NCBI GenBank assembly: GCA_030141605.1
Contig: JAQGDQ010000075.1
Coordinates: forward strand, 558,001 to 622,000
Source of the DNA: Tubiluchus corallicola
Lineage: Eukaryota > Animalia > Priapulida
DNA: 64,000 bases
Reading direction: 5' to 3'
Below, piece after piece: positions 40,001 to 51,745 of the stretch (its first letter is position 1; each line of letters starts with the position of its first letter). The notes under the pieces were generated by a model that had not been told where the DNA came from, searched no databases, and worked only from the letters and a program-made list of their open reading frames with translations. Both the position numbers and the translations under genes were made by a program.

Positions 40001-42205
40001 CTAAACCTTGTAACTGGATTTTGTGCATTTTGTGAATTGTACTTACCTTTCTATGCAGCTTGGATGTTATTGTTATCTGAACAGGTTAGTTACTTATATA
40101 TGACAATAAAGTTAGTTTTGGAATCATACAAACACACACATTCACACATACACACTTATTTTCATTGAAAGGCCTGTAAATGTTTGTACAAGTGTTTATA
40201 TGTCTTTTAAGTTTTTGAAAGATTAACAAAGTACAACATATAAGTGAAAAACCATAATATAGTTATTGTCGAATATTTGTACCTAGCGATATTTTTCTCG
40301 TTTTTAGTTATTGAGAGTTTGTAAACTGTAAATAAAAAATCCTTCTCAAAATGCAATTCCTAAACTACTTTCAAGAGCTCCTAACAAGTGTTATTTCACA
40401 TGATTGCAGGTCCTACTGAATTTTCTAAGATAAACGCCATAAAATATAATAAAAGTAGTGTCAAGTCTTAAGTTACACAAAATGTTTTTAATTGAGCAAG
40501 ACCTGCAAAATGTTAAATTGGCCTTCATTTTTACAAAAAATGTGATGGTAATAATTTTCAAAGATTCCACAATGCGCATTTGGACAAAATGATCTAAAGC
40601 TTTTGCATGTGTCATTTTGAAATGGTTAAAAAAACAAACTTTCATTTGTTACTGCATTCTTAGTTTCAAAAAAATCCTGTGTGTCCTTCATAAAAAGAAA
40701 ATTCTTACATAGTGCTTTACGGAAATGATGCCTACACAAGTGCGAAAATGTGTGAAAATTTTAAACCAAGGTATCGTGGGGATACTCTTGCGATGACCGA
40801 AAAGTCCAACAGTCGCCAAAATATTCACGTAGCTGTATTTTGTTGGTCCTGGTCGCAAATCATTCACGCAAATTGCTAAAAATTTTGCAAGATTTTGTCG
40901 ATTTTTTGTGAGTTTGGGGGTTTTTTACGAAAATTGCGAGAATGTCACACGAAATTTGCACGTATTTACGCTATTTTGTGACTTCTGCGACACCTAAGTC
41001 TTATGCAACAAGGCTACTGTTGCGTGACATTCGTGCAAGTGTATTGCAATTATTTCATGATAATATTACAGAATTTTCATAAAAAAACATGCCGGACAAT
41101 TGAGGTTCTTCAAAATGCCACCAAAATGCTGAAAATAGTCACAAAGTTATCAAAGCATTCTCAAAAGCGTCTCAAAGCATTCTTCGTTTTTTCAAGATGT
41201 ATGTCAGGAATAGTTGGTAAGATATATGCTTCAGCTTTACGGCAGTTTGGAGAAGTTATGGCGAGGTGCCAAGTTTTGCAACTCCGGTGACAAACTTTAA
41301 GCATTTTAAATTTTCTGCCAAAGCCAGTGACCTTTTTCGTGACAATGGTAAATACCCACGAATGTTTTGCGACTATTTGGGGAGCCTTTGGAGCCTATTT
41401 AGCAACTGCTGGACTTGCAAATGCAGAGGGCTAGACATGCGAAAGTTGCATTGTTATAGTAGATACTTAGGACGGGGCCCTGAAAGTGGTGTGTTGAAAC
41501 TGCTCCTAGGGCTTTGAATTAAATTCAATTTGCTTTTCATAAATATTTAGATAATGTGGGGTAGATGTGTACCCAGGCTTTCAAAAAGCTGGGATTCTTT
41601 AAGGGCCCCAAGATAGGAGCCAATATGCACAACACTGAACAACTCTAAAATTATAGCAAGTAGGGTCGCAGAACTTGAAGACTGCTGGCTTGGTAAAGCT
41701 GGGATTATTCTTATAAAGTGAAAGCCAAATTGTGAAACTTGGAACATCTATTTTTGATGCTAACATTTTATGTTAATGTTAACACACAAGTGCAGATGGC
41801 TAGACACACGACACTCGCAGGATAGATACCTTGGTAGAGACAATGAAAGTGGTGTGGTGAACAGTGACCTCTGTGTCAAAGGCTCACAAGTGACCTCTAT
41901 CAAAGGGTCAGACACTAAGGACATCAGGTGTAACCACAGTCATGGCATTACACTCACATATGTGGATCTGAATTCTTTCAGTCTAGTCATCACTATCACA
42001 GCTATAATGAATAGTACGTTAATGATGATGAAGAAAATTAAAATGCAGATCTAAAATTTCCGCTCTGCTCATGTATTTGTAAGTGCAATTATTGTTTTTG
42101 TTTACTTAGCAATCTTATTTGATATTTACTTGTTTATTTACAGGGTCATCACACATACTTACTCCAGAAGGCTTTCTTGATGATCTAAATGCTCTGAATA
42201 ATTAA
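25019..42205 (+). CDS. STXBP1: Syntaxin-binding protein 1 / Munc18-1 / unc-18 / Rop (Sec1 family), complete, 592 aa
   Basis: Exons 25019-25046, 25213-25347, 26610-26686, 27916-27991, 28616-28719, 29177-29325, 31165-31249, 32335-32465, 32870-32989, 33226-33439, 35161-35299, 36254-36363, 37383-37487, 38935-39023, 39639-39793, 42144-42205. Sum 1779 nt, phases consistent. Hallmarks: [91 protein letters not shown]. Confidence 0.97.
25761..25835 (-). mobile_element. tRNA-derived SINE head (degenerate)
   Basis: Minus strand has A-box tagtgtaatgg and B-box ggtttgagtccc at tRNA-like spacing, but no intact cloverleaf. Confidence 0.55.
30510..30885 (+). mobile_element. 3' fragment of RTE-like LINE
   Basis: Broken frame [43 protein letters not shown] followed by a short (TGA)n tail. 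Confidence 0.65.
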
Positions 42206-43249
42206 ACACTATTGTGCAACTTATTTCTCATTCTGCATACACTCTTCATGTTAGTTTATGTTTCTTAAATTTGTAATATAGCACCTTTAAGTATTTTATT
42301 GTGTAAAAACTTTAGCTTTTAAAGGATTTGCAATGATTTGAACGAAATAGCTTCTTGGTCAGACTTAACGTGACTACGGAGCCAGACATGGAGACCACTG
42401 ATAAACTTTTTGTTTGCTATCTTACCTCCTTCCACCTGCATATTACAGTTTTTTCTGTATTGCAGTATCTAGAAGCTTTGCTTCCTCAGCATTGTTCTAG
42501 TTAAGGGTATCGTGTAATTTTCCTTAGTTTAGTTACCCAGAATTTTGTAGTTATCATAGTAATCAATTCATACATTGTGTAATGATCAAAAATTTGAGAA
42601 TTGAATTTTCTCTTTTTCATTAACTTGGTTTGCATTGGAGTTGTTGTTCTCGCATATAAGCCTAGTAATATATAGCAATAATACGTATTAAAAGTTGATA
42701 TCTGCCTGATCTCATAGTCAACTTCTGATAATAATATTAATGATTTTTGCTTTTAATTGATTGCTAATTATAAACTGAGTATTATTTTATACTATTCAAG
42801 AATAACATGAATGACACACATTCTAAGCGTTGATGTTATATTAGACATCCAGGTGGTGTTTATCATATCATTTTTATATAAAAGTTGTTGTTTGTTTGTT
42901 ACATAGTGATTTGTTTATGTCTCACATCCTTTTTGTAACATTTTCTTGCCATTGCTGGTGCCAATTGAAATGCTATTACACTGGTGTGAGCTGTTAAGTC
43001 ACATGATTGTTGTATGTAGCAATATACGATCGATACCCTGTGTGGTCATTGGTCTGTGCAGGGTTTGGTGCTTATCTGCTAGTCTTCTGGTGGATGTTTA
43101 GATTGTTTTATAGTTTCATCTCCTGGTAACACTTATCAGTCTGTTACTGCTTTTGTAATACGGTCTTGTGTAACATGAAAAAATGTAATTATAGCCACAA
43201 GAAGTTATGTTTATAATTTTTATATCTTTACTTCTGATATTTACTGTTG

Positions 43250-43255
43250 AATAAA
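43250..43255 (+). terminator. Candidate STXBP1 polyadenylation signal AATAAA
   Basis: AATAAA ~1.05 kb after the stop codon, followed by GT/T-rich sequence. Confidence 0.4.
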
Positions 43256-43444
43256 TTACCAAACTTGAAATTTGTTGTAATGTTTTGTTTATATGTACTG
43301 TACGTAGTTACTTTAAGCAGGCACTACATGTTTGGGAGGAAGGATGTTGTACTTTTTTTACATAAATCCTCGCAAACCATCTCACACAGTACAACAACTA
43401 TCATTTTAGTGATAAAATTCTCTAATTTTAAGTAAGTACAAGCG

Positions 43445-46400
43445 CTAGCTGCAGTATAACTGCTCTGGAGTATGATAACTCCTTCCAGCCACGTGTGGCA
43501 CAGCTCTGCACACTAAATCTTGGACATTATCATTGGATTTGTATACAGTGCACTGAATACAGCTGACATTTTCATGTTGAAAATAGATTTACTGGGTAAT
43601 GTTTGGCGAAAATTATCTAAAGTAAGAAAGAACTTTGTCTCAAAGAAAGCAAACTGCTAAATACTGCAGAGCCTCGTATATAGCAATGAGCAAAATTTGT
43701 TGCACTCCTATGCAATGTAATTTCATCCACTTTCACTGTGAAACCTGGCTCTTAATCAGTTTACACCTTGAACTCTTGGCGAAGCAGGTTATTGGTGATT
43801 TTTCTGGCGGTAATAAGAAAAACAGGAACCTTGCGCCGTGTGAAACCTTTTGGGATGTGTAATAGGAGAAGACCTAACTGACTACTTACTATTATGACAC
43901 TGCAAATAGGTGACATATACCAGCGGCTGATTTTACTAGCGGTTACAGAATGATTAATTTTACGCTGTAAATGTTTTCACCACTGCTGACTCTTTAACGA
44001 CTGGGTACGTGTAAAAGGTACTGGTATACGAGTCTGATTTTTGCGCGCGATAGTTTTGTGCCTGCAAAAGCAGGTGGTGTAGTCCAGGGGCAATATATTG
44101 TGCACAATATATTAAGAATCCGGCACCTCGAATTCATTTTTGGCACTTGTTGGTTTGCAGTTATGTGGTCTATAATTTCTAAAAAATGGGTTACGTTTTT
44201 ACAAACTAGGTTCAAGGTCTTTAAAGTAAAATGGGACACTATATGCATAATACATGGATTCAGGTTATTTAAAGTAGTCTTATTCAAGTACTGAATAGAA
44301 GACAAACGTACTGAAGGACTCTGCATCGTACTAACCTACATTATTATGAAGGTCAGGGTAATTTCAAGGTCAAAAATGTAAATGTCGAGATTTTATCATA
44401 TGAAAGTATACATGTTTTTCTCGGAGCAAAAGTTGTACAAAAGTCAAAAATTGTAATTGATTTAGCTGCTACTAACTACTTGTCTGTCTTCCTGTTTGTC
44501 TGCATAGCCATATGTCCAAAAATTATTATCGCAAAATGATATGATAGCTTATCAGAAACATTGGTTAACAAATGAAAAGTTAACAAAATTAGATACATTG
44601 TTATCAGCATACTTCGTTAATAGAGCGTCTGCTATGAAGGAGAATACACAATATAGAAAAAATATAGCTAGGTAAGTTAAAACTGTGAGAACTAAAAGTA
44701 GTCGTTGCTTAGCAATAAAGTTGGACAATGTATCTTATCCAATCGTGAAATGTTGATCATTTTTCATTACAAATACTCACGTTTTTTCTCGCTTCTTTTT
44801 CTACTTTTTTCTTTTATTTTACTGCGTGTTTACCAAACAATGTGTTTCAAGTGTTATTAACAATGAAAACTGCAAAATGGCGAGACTGCCCTATCCTGTG
44901 GTACTGTGGTAGTTAGTCTATTAACATAATTTCATTGCGACATAATGATATGTTTTTATTTTTATGCCTCCTATTTTCTATAGTTTTAATTATGTATGTA
45001 ATATGCTTACCATTTTGTTAGTATATAGAGTTGTTTCACTTGCTGCTTCGACGTAAATGGCGCACTCATCAATAACAGATGCTGACACCAATTGACATTG
45101 TTGCTTGTTGTTTGCGCTCTTTTCCACAAAACCCCAACAAGTTTCTTCCTGGAAGCACACTGCCTCACTCTCTATAGTGCTAGAGGTTCTTATGGTATCT
45201 AACGTACTTGCTGTTACGTTCACAGCTAAGTTCTGATGAGCATGATAATAAGCTTTTTGGATGGTCCAGTTTGCTATCGTTATTAATAAAAAGAAGAAAC
45301 GCTTGCATTTTATAACAAAATTTGCAATAAGACTATCAGTACTGTTTGCACGTTGTAAAGTTTTCCTTGTCTACTACTGTCTACGGGCTTATCTGTTGAA
45401 TACTGATCAACAGCATACGTTTTTATCATCTTAGTGCCCCTTTTCGGGATAGAGTGTGTTTGGCGGCGTTGAAATCTGGTGAATTTCCAAGCCATTCAAA
45501 TGAATAGAAAAAATTAATTCCAGAATTTTCAGAAAAAATTCAACTGTACACCTCAAGATTATAGGCTGTGCGAAACTTATTGGGGCTTCTGCACGAAATT
45601 TGAAGGTATGATAGAATCGTAATTAACTTAAGAGTAACTTAGATGTAATAAACAATTCTGTACTATTACTCGTTGTTTTACCACCACCACCGCCCGCCCA
45701 GCAAAAGGTTATGTACCACCCTGTACATAATACCAAAATCAGTTTATTTACATACTTCCACCTGTCACAGTAGTTTCACTGAAGTATACAAAATCACAAA
45801 ATCCTGTACAACATAAACTATTCAGCTTTTGTCGACGTACTAACACAAGCCGTGCATTTCACGTATTCTTTTGTGAATAACTACTGTTTACTTATCTGTA
45901 ACATATCATTATTTTCCACAGAAAAGGCATTTCCTGATGCAAACATCTGTCTGTTTGTTTTTCTATAATGAAGAAGTTCAGTTTGTGATTTTTTTCATAT
46001 CAAATTCAAAACTCCGCAAGCCAAGATCCAGCATCCAGCTGACAGAGCTGTTTGTTGCAGTGTTGGTAGCCGAATGGTCTTTTGGGTTTGCTTCGTGTGA
46101 ATTGCTCGATGGGTTCAACACTCGCTCAGAACTATTCATAGCGTTGCATTTTCATCGTCGCTTTACTATCCGACCATATACCACAACCCCTGTGCTTAAA
46201 TAGGATAAGCAATTGAGCTTATTTCGAAAAAGCTTAACCTTAAAGGAAAAGTCAAGTCTCTCAAGTCAAGCAAAAAGACACGCTAATCAGGTACTTGCAA
46301 CCAGACCAGAGTTATGGCTGTGAGGATGATGAAATACAGTGAAATGGATGTAGGTGAATTAAGAACTCAACGATTTTCTGCTAAAAAGGTAGGGTGAAAA

Positions 46401-47347
46401 TCTGGCCAAGAGTACGCACCTGAAGAGTGAGCAGCAGGTATAGTAGGAATTTTGTTTGCTCCTGAAGACCCCGGACGTACAATAGGATAATAAATTCAAT
46501 TTCAAATGAAATCAACACAAACTTTAAATGGGTGATTGTATAATTGCGGTGAAATAGTACACTATAATACATGTATAAGCTAACACGCATGTCCCATTAT
46601 ACTAAATTATATTGAACAAAAATTCAATTGAGGATTGTGAGGATGGGTTTAATTGACCTTTGAGTTGTGAGCGATAGAAATATGTTTGCCTAGAGCTTCA
46701 AACTACCTAGAGCAGGTCCCGAAAAGAATTATTTTAGCCAGCTAAAACTGAGCTCTGTGAACTAAATACCCGTCTGCCCCATCACTTACTATAATTATGC
46801 TCGCAGAATTGCATACTTTTTGAAAATTAATGCCAACCAAAATCTGTAAATTAATTGCTTGCGCACAGTACACATTTTATGGTCTAATGTGGATTTGAGC
46901 TATGTAACTATTTTAAAGTTGTTGCTAATTTGTTCAATGACTATTTTTTTCCTAAACACAGTTAAACACAACTCCAGAATAGCAGATTCAAATTTTTGAA
47001 TGAACTGCAAAAGTTCTGCTTCACAGCGTCCACATTGTCAACTAGCTTAATTGCTTATTTTTTTTTCAAAATTTAGTAATCGTGCCCTAAAGTAAGTTTA
47101 GTTTGGCTGGAGATAAGTAATATTTAGATTTTCTAACCTTCTTTAAGCAAAGCGTTGTTCGTCAAGTCCCTGATAAGATTGTGACCTTAATTACGATGTC
47201 AATACGATGCCTGGAACACAATACAGTAATATCACCACAACTACTATTATCACCAGTCGCCACTGCCGCAACTAACACAACTGCTTTCACTCCCTTCAGC
47301 ACCAGCACCAATAGCAAACTATAACGTCAATAAGGATTTTTTTCCAT
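43445..47347 (-). pseudogene. Decayed gene for a secreted Cys-containing protein (ZP-like / PAN-apple-like segments)
   Basis: Exon-like 47138-47347: MEKNPY*RYSLLLVLVLKGVKA..CGDITVLCSRHRIDIVI, then a frameshift and stop. Broken exon-like ~45760-46189; open exon 45011-45273; frameshifted Cys-rich segment ~43445-43616. Confidence 0.35.
45011..45273 (-). CDS. Open exon encoding a PAN/apple-like module
   Basis: tag acceptor, GTAAG donor, stop-free: NWTIQKAYY..IRTSSTIESEAVCFQEETCWGFVEKSANNKQQCQLV..TTLYTNKM. Cys spacing is PAN-like but the first Cys of the CxxxC is Ser. Confidence 0.45.
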
Positions 47348-48002
47348 AACAATAAAAATAATTCAACAACACGGCGAATAAAATTTTAAAATTAAAAGTA
47401 TTGTCTGCTTCGTGCTCTATGCTCTGCAGTCAGATAAAATAAGCTCACATGTATCGAGTCACTATACCAGACACACCTTGTCAATTAATACTCATGTAGA
47501 TGGTAACTTAAAATTTTATCATGAATAATACATTTTCTCTCTGATGGTATTTCCAACTTAGCTTGTGAGAGACGTGCACCTCATTTGGAATCATAATTAT
47601 CATTTTGATCCTATTCGCTTTTGTTGCTACTTAACGTGTTAACAATGCAAATTTGAGATTTGTTGTCTGATGATAATTTATTCTTATACAACGCCTAGAC
47701 ACATATTAATATTAATATTAATTTTGTCATTAATTTCTAATATTATTGAAAAGTGAAAAATGATCAACTGTAACACTGTTACAAAAATACACAGCCTGGG
47801 TGGGTGGGGTAAGGGGGAGCGCCTGCATGTATACCCAACTAGTTTCTATGCTGAGCTGAACAAGGACTCTGTTGTCTAGAAATTCTCGACCGTCTAGCAA
47901 AGCATGAAAGCGTAAACAAACTTCAGGCGAAATAAATTTGAACTTATCGCTAAGAATTTGCGCATTGCTGGCTAGAAAATGAAACGCGAAGAAAGTATAG
48001 TT

Positions 48003-51000
48003 TCAAATTGCATACAGAGTAAAAAGTAATACTCCAATAAGTGAAACACCAGCAAGAGTCGCCTTAAAGAAAGCCTTAAGACCTTGCAAAGAAAAACCGC
48101 CTGGCAAACCATATCTGAAATATAATGTTGACATAAATTTGGTCACTATAAATTCAATCACTGAGTCTTGGTGGAAGAAGTGTAAATCGGTGGGCGGTAA
48201 AAATGGCACATGACTTTCAGCTGTGAACAATTGAATTTAATTTTGTTCTCAGCAAGACCAGTATTTAACTGAGCGTAAGTTTGTACTGAATTCTATTTGC
48301 GACAAAGGTGGCTGCAGAGTAAATAAACCATCAGTAATTTTACACTTTAGTTAAGAATTTCATAGATATATGTGTGAAAAATTAGATAGATATGTGTGTG
48401 TGCGTGAAGCACAATCTTATAGGGCATTGCGCATTTGTAGCGCATAGACGTTAAAGCATGGCTCACTATGTCTTCCAGCCTGGACTGTTTTCAAATCTTT
48501 GTATTATACATAACAACAAAATTGCACGTTTGATGTTTGCATTTGTTCGACATCCCTGTGTACTGCAAGCTGCCGTGCCACAGCACCTTATGTCAGGTGT
48601 GTCTTACTGGTACATGGCGAGTAGGTATGTGGTACTGAGGTACATGGTGAGGAAGTACAAAAAAGGTTGTACTGGAGTGCCTCATATAGTGTTCTCAAGC
48701 GCCAGCTAAAGTATTACTTTCATTTACCTTTGATGATTGGGCGAAACTGTAAATAATATAATAGCTTTTTGTCCATTGTTGCTTCGTAATTGTACTGTTA
48801 ATGTCGTAGATCCAGTTAAACACTGTAATTGTTAATACTATGCCATTCTGGTGTGTAACCGGGTTGAGGTCTTTAATTCTCAGCTAACAGAGTTCATTTA
48901 TTTCGGAATGGGGCATGATGCATTCCAGGATAGTAATGGTCCAGTTTGCAACTTAGTGTGAAGCATCAGTGGCGCGCCATGCCTTAGTATTTAACGAATT
49001 CTGATCATTGACAGTCCTGAGCGTAAATCTGTTCCTGTTTCTGCATCTTGGTTTAATAAATTTTATATAAACCTATGCTTTGCAGCTCCACCCCACATAC
49101 AGTTTAACATTAGTAATGTACTGGAAAGACCCACAAAAACCTATTTAGAAAAAATATTTGATTTATTTACAGTGCCATCCCAAAAAACCAAATTAAAATA
49201 GCAGATAAAAAATGCAGATAAAAGTCGAAAATAAGCAACAGTATACGTGCAGTTTACTTTAATATGAAACATTCATTAATCTCTCTATGCAAATTTTGTT
49301 TAACCATATTTGTTAGGCAGTATGAAAGAATGCATTTTTTCTATTGCAAATGACAGATCACACATAAAAGTTTTAAAAATTAAGTATGGTAAAATGTTGA
49401 TGCATATCAGCAACAGCTGTGAAAACACTCAGAGCAACAATTATAGTAATAATAGTATGCATGCCTACCCAGCCAAGAATGTTATGTCATGCTGATGTGT
49501 TACTCATGTTTTGATGAATTCATGCCTGATGTCATGATGAATTCACAACATGACATAATGACCTCAGTCTATAGTTAACACAATTTCTTATGTTTACACG
49601 GGTAGAAAAAACCAGACCCGAGTACCTGGTTGTTAAGATTCAGCGGCAGTGAAAAACTGTAATCATTTAGGCGTATATTCACAAATAAAAGCAAACACTG
49701 GTTCATTTTAACTAACTGTTAACAACAAGCATTCATATATTATACCCTGAGAGCCTGAATACCCGAGCTGTAAGTCGCGAAAGTTAGTGTTTTCCCCCAA
49801 AAGGCATTTCACTGACATTTTTATTTGCCGACTTCTTAATTACTTTATTGCGTGCTTATCAATTGATCAGGTATGTCAACTTGGGTAGTAAGCACTGTTA
49901 GTACGGCGGAGGGATCAAATAATCTATACTGTCCTTTTGGGTTTTGCTAAACTTAATAGTCCGTTCATTCATATCTTTGTTAGTGGCCTGAAATAGGTTT
50001 TCAAATGTTAATAAACAATTTCATTTGGATAATTAACCTCTTGGTAAAGAAATCATAGTTTTCTTTTTGTAAGTCACCCCTACGGCAAAACTGATTTGAT
50101 ATGCCATCTCCCTCCTGACTCGCTGCCAATGCCAGCCGGTAGTACATGTAGTCTGCTAGTAGGTGCCTACTGTAAAAGCACTCAGCAGAAGTGGCATTTA
50201 ATGTTTAAATTCTCTAACAATGGATATCGTATTACAAAATTGAATAATGCCAGCATTTTCATTATTGTAACCAGATGGAAATATTAGGCTCCGGTAATAA
50301 ACAATCAGGGTAATTACTCGGGTAGCCGTGTATCAATTGGAAAACACTAGGAATTCCTATAGTTTCTACTGACATCAAGTTCATTCTGACTTCATAGCAA
50401 CGTCATATCATGATGCCTTAGTGAGCTTATATGTGTCAATTCATACTGACATCACACCATGACATCTCAGTGATTCACGTGTTTAAGTTCATGGTGATAT
50501 TATACATTGATATATCAGTGAATTCATATGTTCGAGTTCATACTGGCATCATATCATGACTCAAGTGTGGTAACAAAATGTAATAACAACTTAAATTATG
50601 ATGCAAACTAAAAAATATTTTAAATTAAACATCACAGTATTATGATAAATATCACTTTACAACATCACAATAATGTATTTATGATTTTTTCACAATAAGC
50701 AAATGAAACTTCAAACAAACAAACATTCATTTAACCAAAAATTGGTGATAAATATGTGAAACATGTCTACAACTTTATAACAGTAATTAATAATAACAAT
50801 ACACTCATATCTCAGTTTGCCGGACAAAAGCGGAGAGTCTTTGGTCCGAATTACTGATTGTTTGTATTTACGGATACTAATCTATAGGTGCCAGATATTA
50901 GACTCACTGTAATGTAGAATCAATCGCCTAATTGTCTCAAAAATGTCTAGTGAGAGCTGCTCCTATGTAAAGTATATAAACTGTTGGCAGTTGACTCAAA

Positions 51001-51306
51001 TAACTCTGCGTAATTAAATTTTTATTTTTACATGTAGAGATATACTTATGGTTACACTGATATTATGATGTAAACAAATCAATGGCCCGCCAAGTGGCAG
51101 TCAGCTCATGAAACAACAGACTGTGTCCATAGTATGCAACTTTGTCTGATTCTTCCAATATCCGTAAAAGCGCGGTCCGGCAAACGTATATAAGTGTACA
51201 GAAGAAATGGACTAAAAAAGTTGTAAGGTACTTCAGTAATCTGAGATACTACAAATAAACAATGTACAATACAGTATAGCTGCCACACAGTATATTGAAT
51301 TTTCAT
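48003..51306 (-). pseudogene. Possible decayed Ig-superfamily type-I membrane protein gene
   Basis: Fragments in order: signal-like MKIQYTVWQLYCIVHCLFVVS, SCILW..LTATWR, GTY*QTTC..YQISFAVG, FTLSCKLDHYYP, terminal hydrophobic ATLAGVSLIGVLLFTLYAI. Many stops and frameshifts. Confidence 0.25.
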
Positions 51307-51745
51307 TACCTGGATTTTTATCATAATTACAGGTTGCCTGCACTGTAGCCCATTTCAAGAAAGCACATATTTGTTTCTATCATTGTAAATTGGAAGATTA
51401 CCTGGGAACCATTGTAAATTTGCTGCTATAATAAGCTAAGTTTGAGTATCCATTTCTAAACATGTGTAACCACCTATGCTGGTTCGTGCTAATACCACCT
51501 TTGCACAGAAGTCTAAAGTTGTATGTTTACTGCATATTTATTACATTTAAATCTTTACCAGGCTATTTACAACTGTGCTAATATGAAAACCAACAAGTTG
51601 GTGCAATAAATTGTCAATTAGCAGAATACTAAATAAAAGCCTGATTTAACTTCTCACTAAACTTATAATTCTTTTCAGGAAACTCGTGTTCTAAATTATA
51701 GGATTTGTGGCACTGTATTCTACACATTAAATACATCATGGTGTA

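Noticed and set aside
43994-44326. 110-aa minus-strand ORF as an independent gene
   Set aside because: No recognisable domain; abuts a repeat-like segment; cannot be tied confidently to neighbouring exons
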